In this document: positions 1 to 13,000 of the stretch, piece after piece | How the letters are laid out: every line of letters begins with the position of its first letter | Position numbering within the stretch: position 1 is the stretch's first letter | Assembly: GCA_030141605.1 (NCBI GenBank) | Contig: JAQGDQ010000833.1 | Coordinates: 1 to 64,000 of the forward strand | Source of the DNA: Tubiluchus corallicola | Taxonomy: Eukaryota; Animalia; Priapulida | Direction: 5' to 3' | Length of the DNA: 64,000 nt | Made by a program: the position numbers and the translations under genes | Notes under the pieces: generated by a model | The model's database searches: none | Told to the model about the DNA's origin: nothing | What the model saw: the letters and a program-made list of their open reading frames with translations, nothing else

Positions 1-534
1 CTTTCCCTTTAAGTTACCGACACGCTAAGTGACTCGTCTTTCCCTTTAAGTTACCAACACGCTAAGTGACTCGTCTTTCCCTTTAAGTTATCAACACGCT
101 AAGTGACTCGTCTTTCCCTTTAAGTTACCAACACGCTAAGTGACTCGTCTTTCCCTTTAAGTTATCAACACGCTAAGTGACTCGTCTTTCCCTTTAAGTT
201 ATCAACACGCTAAGTGACTCGTCTTTCCCTTTAAGTTACCAACACACTAAGTGACTCGTCTTGCCCTTTGGGTTACCAACACGCGAAGTGACTTGTCTTG
301 CCCTTTGGGTTACCAACAAGCTAAGTGACTTGTCTTTCCCTTTAAGTTACCAACACGCCAAGTGACTCGTCTTCCCCTTTAAGTCACCAACAGGCTAAGT
401 GACTCGTCTTTCCCTTTAAGTTACCAACACGCCAAGTGACTTGTCTTTCCCTTTAAGTTACCAACACGTTAAGTGACTCGTCTTTCCCTTTAAGTTACCA
501 ACACGCCAAGTGACTCGTCTTTCCCTTTAAGTTA
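1..534. repeat. 37-bp minisatellite (~14 copies, truncated by window start)
   Basis: Unit CTTTCCCTTTAAGTTACCAACACGCTAAGTGACTCGT repeated head-to-tail with few substitutions and no unique spacers. Confidence 0.95.
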
Positions 535-1034
535 TTAGCAAATTCTCTACCATTAGCTTTAAATCACCTTGCGCTTTGTATCAACATGGGAATTAACCGA
601 AGTACGTCCATAATTTCAATCAACCAGGTTGGAAACAAAACTTTTAGACTTGCAAACTCGCTCATTGACTGACTTGTAGGAAATCTCTTTTCACAGGAAG
701 GTTAATACTTCAATGAAACAAGAAGTCGTACAAATGACGTCAGAACAATGCAGGTAGTCATGTTTAAATGTATTTACGTTTTGGCCTGCTTAATTAGAAG
801 ATGGCCAGAGAATAAAGAGCCGAAGCGTAAACACATTTAAACATGACTACCTGACATTTGTAAGTCGTCTCGCGCGAATGAAAGTTTACTTTAAAAGCAG
901 CAAAAATCACAATTTGTTTCTGCGAATTTGTTTACTAGTATGAATATCAAACTTACAGAACGTGTATCAACGTTATCACAATTTGGTTAGCCAGTTACAA
1001 AGGACAAACTTTGGGCTGTCGTAATCGCTGGAGA

Positions 1035-1100
1035 AAACAATAGCCTAGGGGTCATGACGTCTGCAAGCAAAAGCTTCCAGGTTCAAATCCATGCCGTGTT
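1035..1100 (+). mobile_element. tRNA-derived SINE head-like remnant
   Basis: A-box-like TAGCCTAGGGG (1041) and B-box GGTTCAAATCC (~1080) at tRNA-like spacing; no complete cloverleaf. Confidence 0.4.
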
Positions 1101-1739
1101 CAATTCTTTCACATTCCTATTTTTCAAGTTTGGCTTCTATATTCAATTAGCTGCGTGTTTGTACCATCACTGTTTCTGTGCAAAAATTTAATCAGTGGTT
1201 GTCAATGGCCATAGGTGCCACATGACCTTCGGACGGTGGTCAAACCGAAAACCAGTCCAGCGCTGAATCCAATCACTTCAAAGCAATTTACGTTGTGTGA
1301 ATCAATAGGCAGAGCGGGAATCTTATGAATGAACCACGTGAGCGCACAGGGACACTGAGCTTTCAAATAGATAACTCGCATATTGATTTTCAGTATTAGT
1401 CACTCTTCCCAGTGGATAGAGACTTGGGTTTGTGCAGCCATACCGTTATCCACTTACGGAATTGTATTAAATTTTGGAGCAAGGAAACACAGAAAGCACG
1501 TCCATTTTTCAACATAAATAACCTAAGCACACAAAACAAAAATGACATTCACAAATAAACAGTCAATATCTTTCTAATATAAAATAACAGCTTCATTAAA
1601 AAACTAAAAGCTAAGCATCAAATAATTTCCAAATGTTTCGAACACAACAGCTGGCAGTCATCGTCAGCTGACTAACTTGTGTTACTTAAATTTTATACCT
1701 GGCATTTGGTAACCAAGTTCAGATTTCAACAGCTTGACT

Positions 1740-2660
1740 AACAGGTGTCCGTTAAGATATCCACCAAACAAGAGGGGGGACAATACAGCTCCCAGTATAA
1801 CCCCGTCAGTAACTGTGACAAACTCGGGATAAGCATTATTTCAAGAGACACAAACGCAGTGTACATATTCAAGATTACTCGAACAAAGATACACATCAAA
1901 CAAGAGGGGGGACAATACAGCTCCCTGTATAACACCATCAGTAACTGTGACAAACTCGGGATAAGCACTATTTCAAGAGACACAAACGCAGTATACATAT
2001 TCAAGATTACTTGAACAAAGATACACATCAAACAAGAGGGTGGACAATAAAGCTGCCTGTATAACCCTGTCAGTAACTGCGACAAACTCGGGATAAGCAC
2101 TATTTCAAGAGACACAAACAGAGTGTACATATTCAAGATTACTCGAACAAAGATACACATCAAAAAAGAGTGGGGACGATACAGCTCCCTGTATAACCCA
2201 GTCAGTAACTGCGACAAACTCGGGATAAGCACTATTTCAAGAGACACAAACACAGTGTACATATTCAAGATTACTCGAACAAAGATACACATCAAAAAAG
2301 AGTGGGGACAATACAGCTCCCTGTATAACCCCGTCAGTAACTGCGACAAACTCGGGATAAGCACTATTTCAAGAGACACAAACGCAGTGTACATATTCAA
2401 GATTACTCGAACAATAATAGCGGGAATTTTTCTTGAAATCAATTTCTTAAAGAACTTACAATAGTGAACTTTGCTAAATGCTTTGGAAGCTTCGAGTGCA
2501 ATAGAATTATGATTCAAGTAATATTTTACTGTTTCCTCTAGAGTAATGGTGCACATACTAGCTCAGATTTTTTCATTGAAGCCAAACTGTTGAAACGACG
2601 TATATAACAAATTTATCAATAATTAACCGGTCAAAAATTTTGCTGAGTGGAGACGAAAGT
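1740..2660 (-). mobile_element. Decayed non-LTR retrotransposon RT fragment containing a 132-bp tandem amplification (~5 copies)
   Basis: Minus strand reads ASKAFSKVHY (RT LDxSKAFDxV-like) and, in a shifted frame, DGVIQGAVLSPLxFDVY (RT QG..LSP.LF motif); 132-bp period (AAACTCGGG at 1820, 1952, 2084). Confidence 0.8.
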
Positions 2661-3481
2661 GCGGACACTTCAAATAACAACCCGCTGATCAAAGTCATAG
2701 GGTATTTTCTGGCCTTAACTAACACAACCTGGAGCTTACTAAAGACAGTACTACTGAAGCATATGGGCTTTTTGCTAATGGGCTAATCAACGATTCCTCG
2801 CAATTAGGTTGATCTGAAGATGATGAAGATGATGTAATCCTGTTGAACTTGACGCTCAGAGCTCATTTGTCTCGCTTTGTATTCTGCATAAATACGAGGC
2901 ATAACACACCTTATTACCGTCACACGCATCCCGTGCGGATCGTTATGGAGTTGGCTTCAATTTTCTCGCAGATATGCAAGTTTAGTCATGTCGTCTTGGG
3001 TGGCTCAGATGTGTTGTGAATGTTTATAATGCGTCTCAACACAAAAATTCAGTTACTAGAGCACTCTATAACCTTTTTATAAGATGCAGAAAACGAGATA
3101 AATTCATTAGGCATTCAGTGTCAGTAGGTTTCTTTGAAAGGTGAATGGGTAAAAAGAGAGCGGGGGCTTCTTCTGCGTTTGATGAAGCCATGTAGTTTTT
3201 TTCTTCCGGGATAACTAGTGTACGGGCGGTTATGTGGTGAAGTTTGAGAGAGCTAATTCCTCGTCAAATACGAATGCGCTTTAACAAGACACCGGGGGAG
3301 AGCAGAAATGCACGCTCTAAAGATCGAAATGTGAAACATTACAGAAACATTGTACCTTGCAGTGTACAACGTTTCTGTAATGTTTCATGTATTTGCATTT
3401 ACTTTATTTTGTGGACTAGTTCGGAAATAACTAATAGTTTACATTCTTGGTTAAAGTGTTATCCACATTAAATAAAAAATT

Positions 3482-3542
3482 AATGATGATGATGATGACG
3501 AAGAAGAAGATGATGATGATGATGACGACGATGATGATGATA

Positions 3543-3620
<78 letters not shown>

Positions 3621-3645
3621 GTAATAATAATAGCAATAACAATAA
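3482..3645. repeat. Compound (GAT)n/(AAT)n microsatellite
   Basis: Direct reading; follows AATAAA at ~3471, as expected for a LINE 3' tail. Confidence 0.95.
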
Positions 3646-4194
3646 TTTCAATTAATTGACAAAATTAAAAGCATTTCTGTTTTTGTTAAACGTTACATTA
3701 TATTATTTTTTTAAAAAATTATTATTGGGATTAGAAATAGCCGTTTGTGTTATCTATGACTGCTGTCTTAGAAACCTGGAACAGGGAACAAATTTTAGGG
3801 TGTTCCGAAAATCTTCATCGTGTCAATGGACTGCTATGCATATGCCGCAAGCTATCCGAGGCAAGTTACGATGTTACGTTTCAAATTATCGTTCTTAGGA
3901 CGTTGTAAATCGTTTTACAATAAAAAGTCACAAAAAATAAAATGTAAAATTTCACTTGTTTGTGAAACTACAAACAAATAAAAATTCATTGATAAGAAAG
4001 AGCTGAAAACACTTGACAACATCGACTGGCTTCAGGATTAATTAAGTTCCCGAGAGGCACGTGGCTAATAAATCACTTCAAAACTCCATTAAACATGGCA
4101 TTATTTACTAATTAAAAATGATTCATCCATACAACATGTTTAAGTATACACGGCGCATACAGGATCCAAAAGTAAGCTACTTACAATATACAAT

Positions 4195-4490
4195 AGCGGA
4201 AAGACTACAGGAAATGTATAAGCTATATTTCAGTGCTGCATTGATTGAAAAATTTGGCTAAAACACTAAACAATTACCAGAAAAGATTAATCGTGATATG
4301 GAATTACGAGAACAAGTTTGTAATCGAACTAGAAAATTTCAAAATTGCCCGTCACTGTCCTCTAGTTTCATTTAATTTGCGAAGGTATTTTAATTGTGTT
4401 TGTGTTGTTAGGTGAAAAATATTTTGAATGAAAAAGGGATGCTGTTAGCCAGTAAGAGCAGTCTCTCAGAATTCAAAATCGCCCATCACG
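4195..4490 (+). pseudogene. Inverted duplicate of VPS37 intron end plus 5' part of coding exon 2
   Basis: Matches the reverse complement of ~36267-36545, including acceptor TGTTGTTAG and exon sequence AATATTTTGAATGAAAAAGGGATGCTGTTAGCCAGTAA(G/C)AGCAGTCTCTCAGAATT. Confidence 0.85.
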
Positions 4491-5239
4491 ACTTCAAACT
4501 ACAAAATTAACATTCCTGCAAATAGTAATTTCATAACAGACTAGAAGATCTGTGAGCAAATTTCGGTTTGCATCTTTTTGAGATAGCTTTAGATTTGAAC
4601 AAGTTCAGGTTAACCACTGTCAAATAATTTTTTCGTACCACCCCTGCTCAATAAGTTAGAAAAGAAATATTTTATCTTTCCTAAACTGCAGAGTATGTAT
4701 ATCTGCATAACTAAAGGCAAACGCCATTAGCACGCTAATGTTTACTTGAACATGTAATAATAATTCGTGCACCATTTATTACTGCAAATACTGCAGACAC
4801 TGGTTTTTATTACAATGCAGAATGGAGCTACAGACATTCAGCTGTAAATGATAAAGCCAGTGGGTAGGCAAAGTACAAAATGAAGCCATTGAGTAAGCAT
4901 GAGTCAGACGGATGAGACACGTGTTGCGCAATTTTAGACCACATACATTATGTTCAATTTCATATTATCTCATTACAGCTTAAAGTAGGACTCCATGTAC
5001 GCGTAATGCGTAATGCGTGATCTGTAATGCGTATTTGGATGATAGCGAGTGAATACGGATCACGCATCACGCATTACAGAGTACGCATTACCTAAACATG
5101 GAAACAGTTACAGGTGTTAAAAAATAAAGTACTGTACACGCATTACGATCTAGTGGCACGAATGTGAATATGTGTTTGTGTGGTAATAATTCTTTCACGT
5201 AAGTCACTCTTGAAAAAATAGTTTCCTTTCAATATTTAT

Positions 5240-5556
5240 AAAAGTAGATTGTTTTGACCTACACTTTAAGATTAGGTCCGGTTTTACTTTAATATCTCTT
5301 CTTTTTCCCTTACGCACGCACGCATGTAAAGAGTAGATTGTTTTGACCTACACTTTAAGGTTAGGTCCGGTTTTACTTTAATATCTCTTCTTTTTCCCTT
5401 ACGCACGCACGCATGTAAAGAGTAGATTGTTTTGACCTACACTTTAAGATTAGGTCCGGTTTTGCTTTAATATCTCTTCTTTTTCCCTTACGCACGCACG
5501 CATGTAGAGTAGATTGTTTTGACCTATAGTTTAACAGTGGATCTGGTTTTGCTTTA
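5240..5556. repeat. ~89-bp tandem repeat (~3.5 copies) derived from a MITE terminus
   Basis: Unit AGTAGATTGTTTTGACCTACACTTTAAGATTAGGTCCGGTTTTACTTTAA... resembles the end of the TTAA element at 12380-12430. Confidence 0.85.
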
Positions 5557-6653
5557 ACAATATCACGGTGTGGTCTGCTAGTTAAACTTGTGACTTTCTA
5601 TTAACGCGAATTTAATTCTCTCTGACAAGATTAGTTTTAATGCATAAAATGTTTTTATGATAAAGAACGTACGTAGCTGAGGTGCTGGGTTATTCAAATC
5701 TATAACTTTAGAGTACCACAGAGATTCGAATTAAAAAAACACGTTCGAATTGAATGTACGAGACAAAAAACTTGTGTTTTTCAACTTCTACGTTCTGCTA
5801 TATCCTCTATTGCGGATGTATTCTGATCGTTCACATAAATATTTTGCAACCTATTACGTTTACTATACAATCAAGGAACTTCCAAACTCAGTCATTCTCT
5901 CTAGCGACCTTTTTTCACTCTAGCAAAATGGCTGGCGAGAAATTTCGCTCAAATTTACTATATGAAACTATTAACTCGTCGGTGATCGTTTCTACGTGTC
6001 TCAATAATACAGTTAAAACATTGCTTGCAGGCACCAATGATCAATAAGGCGTACATAATTCATAAGAGCAGGGGCATATATTCATTGATTCTTACACTCA
6101 TTGGTGTACAGTCTGCAAGCAGGAAAACTGATACGGAGAAACTAACGCGGTCGTAATAGCCTGCCTACAATGACCACAGAGGTGCGCCGATTTGCTCGAA
6201 ATCTCATTGGTAACCATAGATATGGATACAAACAAGACCACAGTGAGCCGGGCGTGAGTAAACAATGCAGAGGCGGATTAGCTGTTTGATGTCAGACTAA
6301 GCATACGCCCCCATTTGTAACAATAATTATTACACTCGGGTAACATTAATTTCACGTTGGCAAAATTAATGACTGTTTGCTTTACATGCAGGGAAGCAAT
6401 GAGTATTACATGAAAAATGTGAATGGTATGCCGCTACATACCAGCAATGCAACTGCAAAATAACTTTGATAGAGTAACCATACTTTTAGGTACTAAAAAT
6501 TTATATAAGTTATTCGTAAAAAATGGTATCATAGTTTAAAAAAATTGATTTAATTTGCCGTAATGCACAACTGAGTTCTAGAATGCCATGGATAAAACAA
6601 GTATGTACAAAAGGTAGTTACCCAAACTGATGCTAAAGCTGTGTAATATTTAC

Positions 6654-7032
6654 TATGGGTGAGCATTCTCTACTAGAAAGCAAATTCGAATCGAACCGAA
6701 TTTGTGGCTTTCGGATCGAACCAAACTTCAGTATTTCGCATTTGAATTGGTACTCGAAGGTTTTCGAACCACCAGTAAAAATCGGCCTTACAAAGATCAC
6801 GCATATTAATCGATTTTCTTCTGCAGTAAAACCACTAATAATATGTTTAAAAATTGTGCACAGAAATCACGTCCAAATGATGCTAATTGCATGACGTTTC
6901 AAATGTTTTAATGATAAAGAACGTATCTGGTTGAAGTGCTGAATTATTCGAATCTATAGTTTCAAGACCAAATCGAATTCGAACTGAAGAAACTCGTTCG
7001 AATCGAACTCGAACGTTCGATGCTCACCCCTA
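6654..7032 (-). mobile_element. hAT-type MITE (TTCGAA-rich family)
   Basis: TIRs TA(T/G)GGGTGAGCA...TGCTCACCCCTA; 8-bp TSD ATATTTAC on both sides. Confidence 0.9.
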
Positions 7033-7434
7033 ATATTTACTACTCCAATAAGTTTGAGCAGCTTAAACAATTTTGCGAGCATGTAGGTATTAGTCTGCAG
7101 CATCATTTGCATTAGCCCAAGCTTCTAATTGAAAGTAAATTAAACTACAAAACAAACAAAAAATCAATGATGTTTAACTAAACTTAATTAGGTATGATAT
7201 ATGTAGAATAGGTGTGTACACTCAGTAGAGGAAGGAACATGCCATCAAAAGGCTAGAAACCTAGAATGTATTGACTACGAAACTTACGCAAACATTGTAA
7301 TTTAATGACAGGGCTGAAGAATGCGGCAAACTACACAATACAACATCCATTATTAGATCATTAGTATAACCACCGTTGCTACAGCTATTCCACTAATGGA
7401 GGCAGCTATTTATGAATAAAGCCATCGCCACACC

Positions 7435-8088
7435 ATGGAAGTAAATCTGCAGGACGGATCAGAAAACGAGGCATGAAGAAGTTCAAAATTACGCCCATTA
7501 GCTTGTACATAATCTAGGTATCAATAGCGAGTTATCGATAAAAAACCAGACATCACTGTATGAAACGACAGTAAACCAGACAATGTACCATATCAAACTT
7601 TGGAAGTAAATCTACAGGACTGTGATCAGAAAAGGAAGCATGAAGAAGTTTAAAATTACACCCATTAGCTTATACATAATCTAGATATCAATAGTGAATT
7701 CTCGAAAAAAAAACAGACACCACGGTATAAAACGACAGTAAGCCAGAGGATGCACCGTATCAAACATTGGGAGTAAATCTACAGGACTGTCATCAAAAAA
7801 GGAGGCAAGTTGTTTAAAAATACACCTATTAGCTTGTACGTAATACAGGTATCAACAGTGAATTCTCGAAAAAAAAACAGACACCACGGTATAAAACGAC
7901 AGTAAACCAGACGATGCACCGTATCAAACCTTGGGAGTAAATCTTCAGGACTGTCATCAAAAAAGGAAGCAAGAAGTTCAAAATTACATTAATAACTTGT
8001 ACAATTATGTATGAATAGTGAATTCTCCGAAAAAGCCCAAGCATCACTGTCATAATGACAGTAAACTAGAGGATGTACGAAATCAAAT
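7435..8088. repeat. ~165-bp diverged tandem repeat (~4 copies)
   Basis: GTAAATCT anchor at 7441, 7606, 7773, 7937. Confidence 0.85.
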
Positions 8089-10083
8089 TGGAGAACAGCT
8101 CCCCCGAGGCGCCTTCCTGTCAAACAATACTTCAGCTGCAGTCTGAGTTAATTAATTATTTAGACTGATACACCTGCTAAACAAACAAGACTTGGAGTGT
8201 GTACTGTGCACCATTCAACAGAATTAACTAACTCCTGAAAATTTACCATTTGTGAGAAATCAAAAGAATTGGTGTTGTCGAATAGCTGTGCCAGGTATAC
8301 CACAAACACAATTTTGTAATAACGCGGCGAAAGAGCAAGAGGTAAAAAAAGAATAAGACACTCAGTGATAAGTAATTTATTTTGAGATGCAATTATAAAA
8401 TTTATGGAAATATTGAAAAAATATAAAGTCATTATTAATATTTATGACGTGACAACATGCAGATGTCATTAAGTGGCAAAAACCGGAAGTAAAAACCGTG
8501 CTTCCGAGACTGTAAGCACATCCAAATAATTGAGAAAAAACAAAAAAGCGAGGGTTTTAGGAAGTTTAAGAGAAGTGGCGCAAAACAAGGATACAATTAA
8601 CGGATGAAAGAATGTTCAAAAGGAGAGGAAGAGTAGTTTGTGAAGACTTAACTCAATGAGATCAGAAAGCACTCTGGATTCTTCTCAACAAAGAGCACAC
8701 AGGGGCGTATTAACCAATGGGCTAATTAAGCTATAGCCTAGGGCACCAACGTCTGAGGGTCGTCACATTTTAGAAAAAATTCTTATTCTCCATGGAAAAT
8801 GTGCTTATATTTTCACAATGATGTAAACCGCGCATTTTATAACACACCGCAGGCAGTTATTGAGTACAGCTTTTATATAAATGCCACATAACGAACAGGT
8901 GTAAATTATTACACAATAAGTAGTTGCGCACCTTGCTTGAATATAAGCTCTACGCAAATACATGTAATTAATAATGACCATATAGAAACTAAGTTAACAG
9001 TGAAGTAAACCCAGGGAAACTAGGTTTCTAATACACCACAAGAAATTGTTTAATCTTCTCATTACATAAGCAACCGTAAATTCACAATAGAGATTAGCGG
9101 TGTAGCACAACCAACCTAAGGCATCGTAAAATATTGATACACCCCAGAGGACACAAGGTCATGACTGGTGTGCCACACAGAAACAATAGGGATGCCACCT
9201 GTCATCCCGTTCTTTCTGCCACCAACCATTGCAAAACTGATCTTCTGTACCATGCACCGAATCATAACAAAATTCTGACGCTATTAAACAAAACACAGTT
9301 TCCTGAACCCTAAAAATAGATTGGTCAATAAGTTTCGCGACTTCTAAGCAGCATTCGTGAAAAATGTACAGCCATAAGAAAGTGTAGAAGACTGAATTAC
9401 ATCAATCCGTTATTAGTCACCCAGTACTTATAAAAAGCAAGTAATTAAATGAGCTAATGGCAACACGACAGTCAGAACATTTTGGAAAATATTTCAGGAT
9501 CTAGTTATAATGCAGCAGATTATGCTTATCCAACGATACAGTTTACAAACTGTCTCAAATGATGCTGTTTTACTAAGTACACTTAGTACATTGTTCAAGA
9601 GAGAGCTATGGTTAAATCTTAACATGGTTGGCGAAATTTAAAAAATGGTGAAATGTCACTGACTCACCTTCCGAGGCAGCACCACTTACTCACCAAAAAA
9701 TGAATTTTTAATCTTATTGACAGGATACAATAATTTATACATTTGCTTAGTTACCTAAGAAACGCCCTGATTACTTTTTCAAACTTTTCACAATGTTATT
9801 TAAACTTGTTTTGAATGATTTACTGTCAAAATGGCTGCACCTGCCGGTCATTGTGGGGGGGGGGGGGTTAAAATTTACAAGTTTTATACAGCATTAATGC
9901 TAGTACAATGTAAGCAAAGGAATTTCCCATGCTTTACGTAATTAGCTAATTAACTTATCACACATCTGGTAAACATGGATCAGTCCCATCCCTGGTAATT
10001 AACTTATCAAAAATTCCATGCAGCTAGGTTGAAATCTATTCTAAAGCAAGAACATATAAAAAATGTACATAACTGTTATTCAC

Positions 10084-13000
10084 CTGTTCAAAGAACTCTT
10101 CCATAAACCCTGAAGCATCCACGTTAACGGTGACGTCGTCGGCTCCGACGTCATCTTCCTCACTTTGCGCCTGCATATCAAGCAAAATAACCGCATTTAA
10201 TAGTGTAATTACAAAGCTTTAATCACAGTTATAAATTGTAAATTGATGATAGCTAAATTGCTAAACTTAATTCAATGCATGCATACATATACGTAATATA
10301 CACAACAGTAATGTAGGCAGAGGCAGTTTTAGCAAATTTCTTCAAACTGGGCCCCGCACTAAGAGGGGGGCCCTGCACACACGCTCGAGCAGAGGACTCT
10401 ATGATAATAATGAGTGTCCAGTGTGCATGGAGTTTCTTGATATTGTGAACGCAGTGAAACTATTCAGTCTGACATCGTATATCTCTGTTTCAATGTTTTT
10501 TTACTGATCGTTTGTTTATTTGTTTTGTAATTTCAGTTTATCGTCTGTTTTTAGAAGGTACAAGCATAAACAGTGTGTCAGTAATTATCTTGACTTGTAA
10601 CAAAACACTAAATGTTTCATACAGGTTTTCAACTTCTAGTACATATCATTGTGGCTAATGGCGGAGCCTCAAGCACTCAGCACTTTTTGGCTGGGACTGG
10701 AGTACCACAAGAAGCAAGTAGCTGTTCGCAGCTAAAATTATGGGGAGGGGGGGTGCTGCTTCAGAAAATTACATTACATCACCTACAAACTGCAAACACG
10801 GGAAGCAAAACAATGCATTTTTTACTTCACAGCCACAACGCCAACTTTGCTGTTGGTACCATCCAAAATTAATGAATAGACTTCCTGTTGTTACTTAGGA
10901 GATATTATAGCGTCATTAGAACAAAATAAGTTTTGACAGTAAATTAAGATCAGGATGAGTAAAATTGTGAGTTAATTAAACCGTTGTAGTAAATAATGCT
11001 TTTTTGATGCTTTTTTAAATTGATAAAGATTAACAGTTTTTATTTCATGCGGAACTGATGACCATATTTTAATAGCATTATATTTTGATGACTGTTTCAT
11101 TATGTTTGTTTTTGGAAGAGGGACATAGTTTCTGACTGAATATTTTGTGCAATGATCATGTTGATTTGAAATTGGACTAAAGTCTGACTGAAAAGCTGGT
11201 GGGAGAAGTGAATTATGATACTGATACATGAAATGAAGACAATACATGGCATATATTGCTTTCATTTTAAGAGTTCTAACAGACAAGTAAATTATGTTTG
11301 TGGGATGGTCATACCTTACATGATATATTAGTTTGAGCGTTTTGTTCTGGGTAATTTGTAAAGCTTCAAGATTACTTTTGTATACACCAACCCAAGACAT
11401 GACACCATATATTAGATATGGGTAAACTAGACTTTAATGGATTTTCATCAATGTTTCTCAACAACAACGTTTCTTCAACGTGATGTAAATTACGTTACGA
11501 TGGCTGGAAACGTTTACAATAGTAGAAAAACCTAAATACAGATGGATTTAGACATAGCGCCTGGTGCAAGTTCGTCCCTTAACATACCATAAATGAGGCA
11601 CCACAAATGTTACCCTTGTAACAAGAGGTCGTAGCTTTGGCTCACAAAAACTTTTACAGGTACTTGGTCCGATGCCCAATTTTACCTTTTAATCCACATC
11701 AAACATGGCACAAATTATAACTAATTAGATCTTAGGCACCACATTCATGATAATCTTACAGACACGAGCATGACACATTTTATTTAAAGGCGCACAGGAT
11801 GAGTTTTCATATACTTCCCCATTTTCAAGTCCCATAAAAAGTATACATTTTAACACGATTAATACTGCAAAGGCGTTTCTGATAATTAAGTAATAGATTA
11901 AAAACTTAATTAATGGAGGGCGAGCACAACTATTGATGACGTCACGAACTAACATAATTTTCAACAGCATAAAAATTCCACGAGCGTGTTTGCGACAGCG
12001 AAAATTCAAGTACAGCGCTACTGTAAGATATTCAGTGTGTTGTAATAAAACTAGGCAAGTTTTCAAATTTCAAATTTACTGCTGCATTCACTCATGAGCT
12101 GTCGAACGTGTGTAGTTCGTCACAAACTAACACATCTGAATTGAGAGGTACAGCACTTGTTTTTTGTGCAATGCGTTTCCGAAATACAGGCGCTAGCGCC
12201 CGTCTAACTAGTGAATGCCGAAATGCATGTAGCAGCGAAGAACGATGAATGCTAAATTGTGTTTTTGTGGTAATATTTTTTCCACGTAAGAAATTTTTAA
12301 AAAAAATAGTATTAATTTTTTTTCGGTGTATGTGGTATTTATATGGTGCATGTAGGTATTAAAATTTCAATATTTTAAAGAGTAGATGGTTTTGACCTAC
12401 AGTTTAAGATTGGGTCCGATTTTGCTTTAATAATGAAATATCATCCTACATCTAGGCTTTACAGTTACAGAATGGATGGTGGCTGAGTGATTTTGAATGC
12501 AGATTTGCCATCTGGTGTTCCATGGGTACAGATCGAAGGGTTTCATTATATACATAAGCATATGGCACAAACAGGTGTTAGCTGACATAATCACATAACT
12601 AATTGAAAAATCACGTTAAAGCTGGCCTTCAGAGACATATAATGTTCGAAAATGCGACAACAATATAGGTGGCTTCACTGGCTTGCCATGAGGCACTACT
12701 GGCTTCATAGCTAAGAACTTACAGTGCTCCCATTACAGTCCCAAAAACCTCCTATTATTATGCATTGAATATCACTTAGCCTCCTGTTTTTATATGATTT
12801 GTATCTGCTTGTTGAGATGTTATTACGATGCACGTATCTCTAGAAATTACAGTAATACCTCCGTTGTCGACCGTCTCTGTACTCGTACAAATCGGTTTTC
12901 GACCAGAAAATTCGAGCTGAAATTGTCTCGACCAGAATTTCGGTACTCGACCAACCACCAAACACATGACACGCGGCGGGCCGAGCGTAATCGACGGCGC

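Noticed and set aside
1-534. CRISPR-like 37-bp repeats
   Set aside because: Units abut directly with no unique spacers, there are no cas genes, and the context is a eukaryotic intron; the same applies to 38740-39722.
1630-1675. Minus-strand CTGACGA...GAAAC hammerhead-like core
   Set aside because: Stem II is weak and no stem I pairing could be found; at most a decayed remnant.
3447-3659. Poly-Met/Ile and poly-Leu/Ser ORFs
   Set aside because: Translations of a trinucleotide microsatellite.
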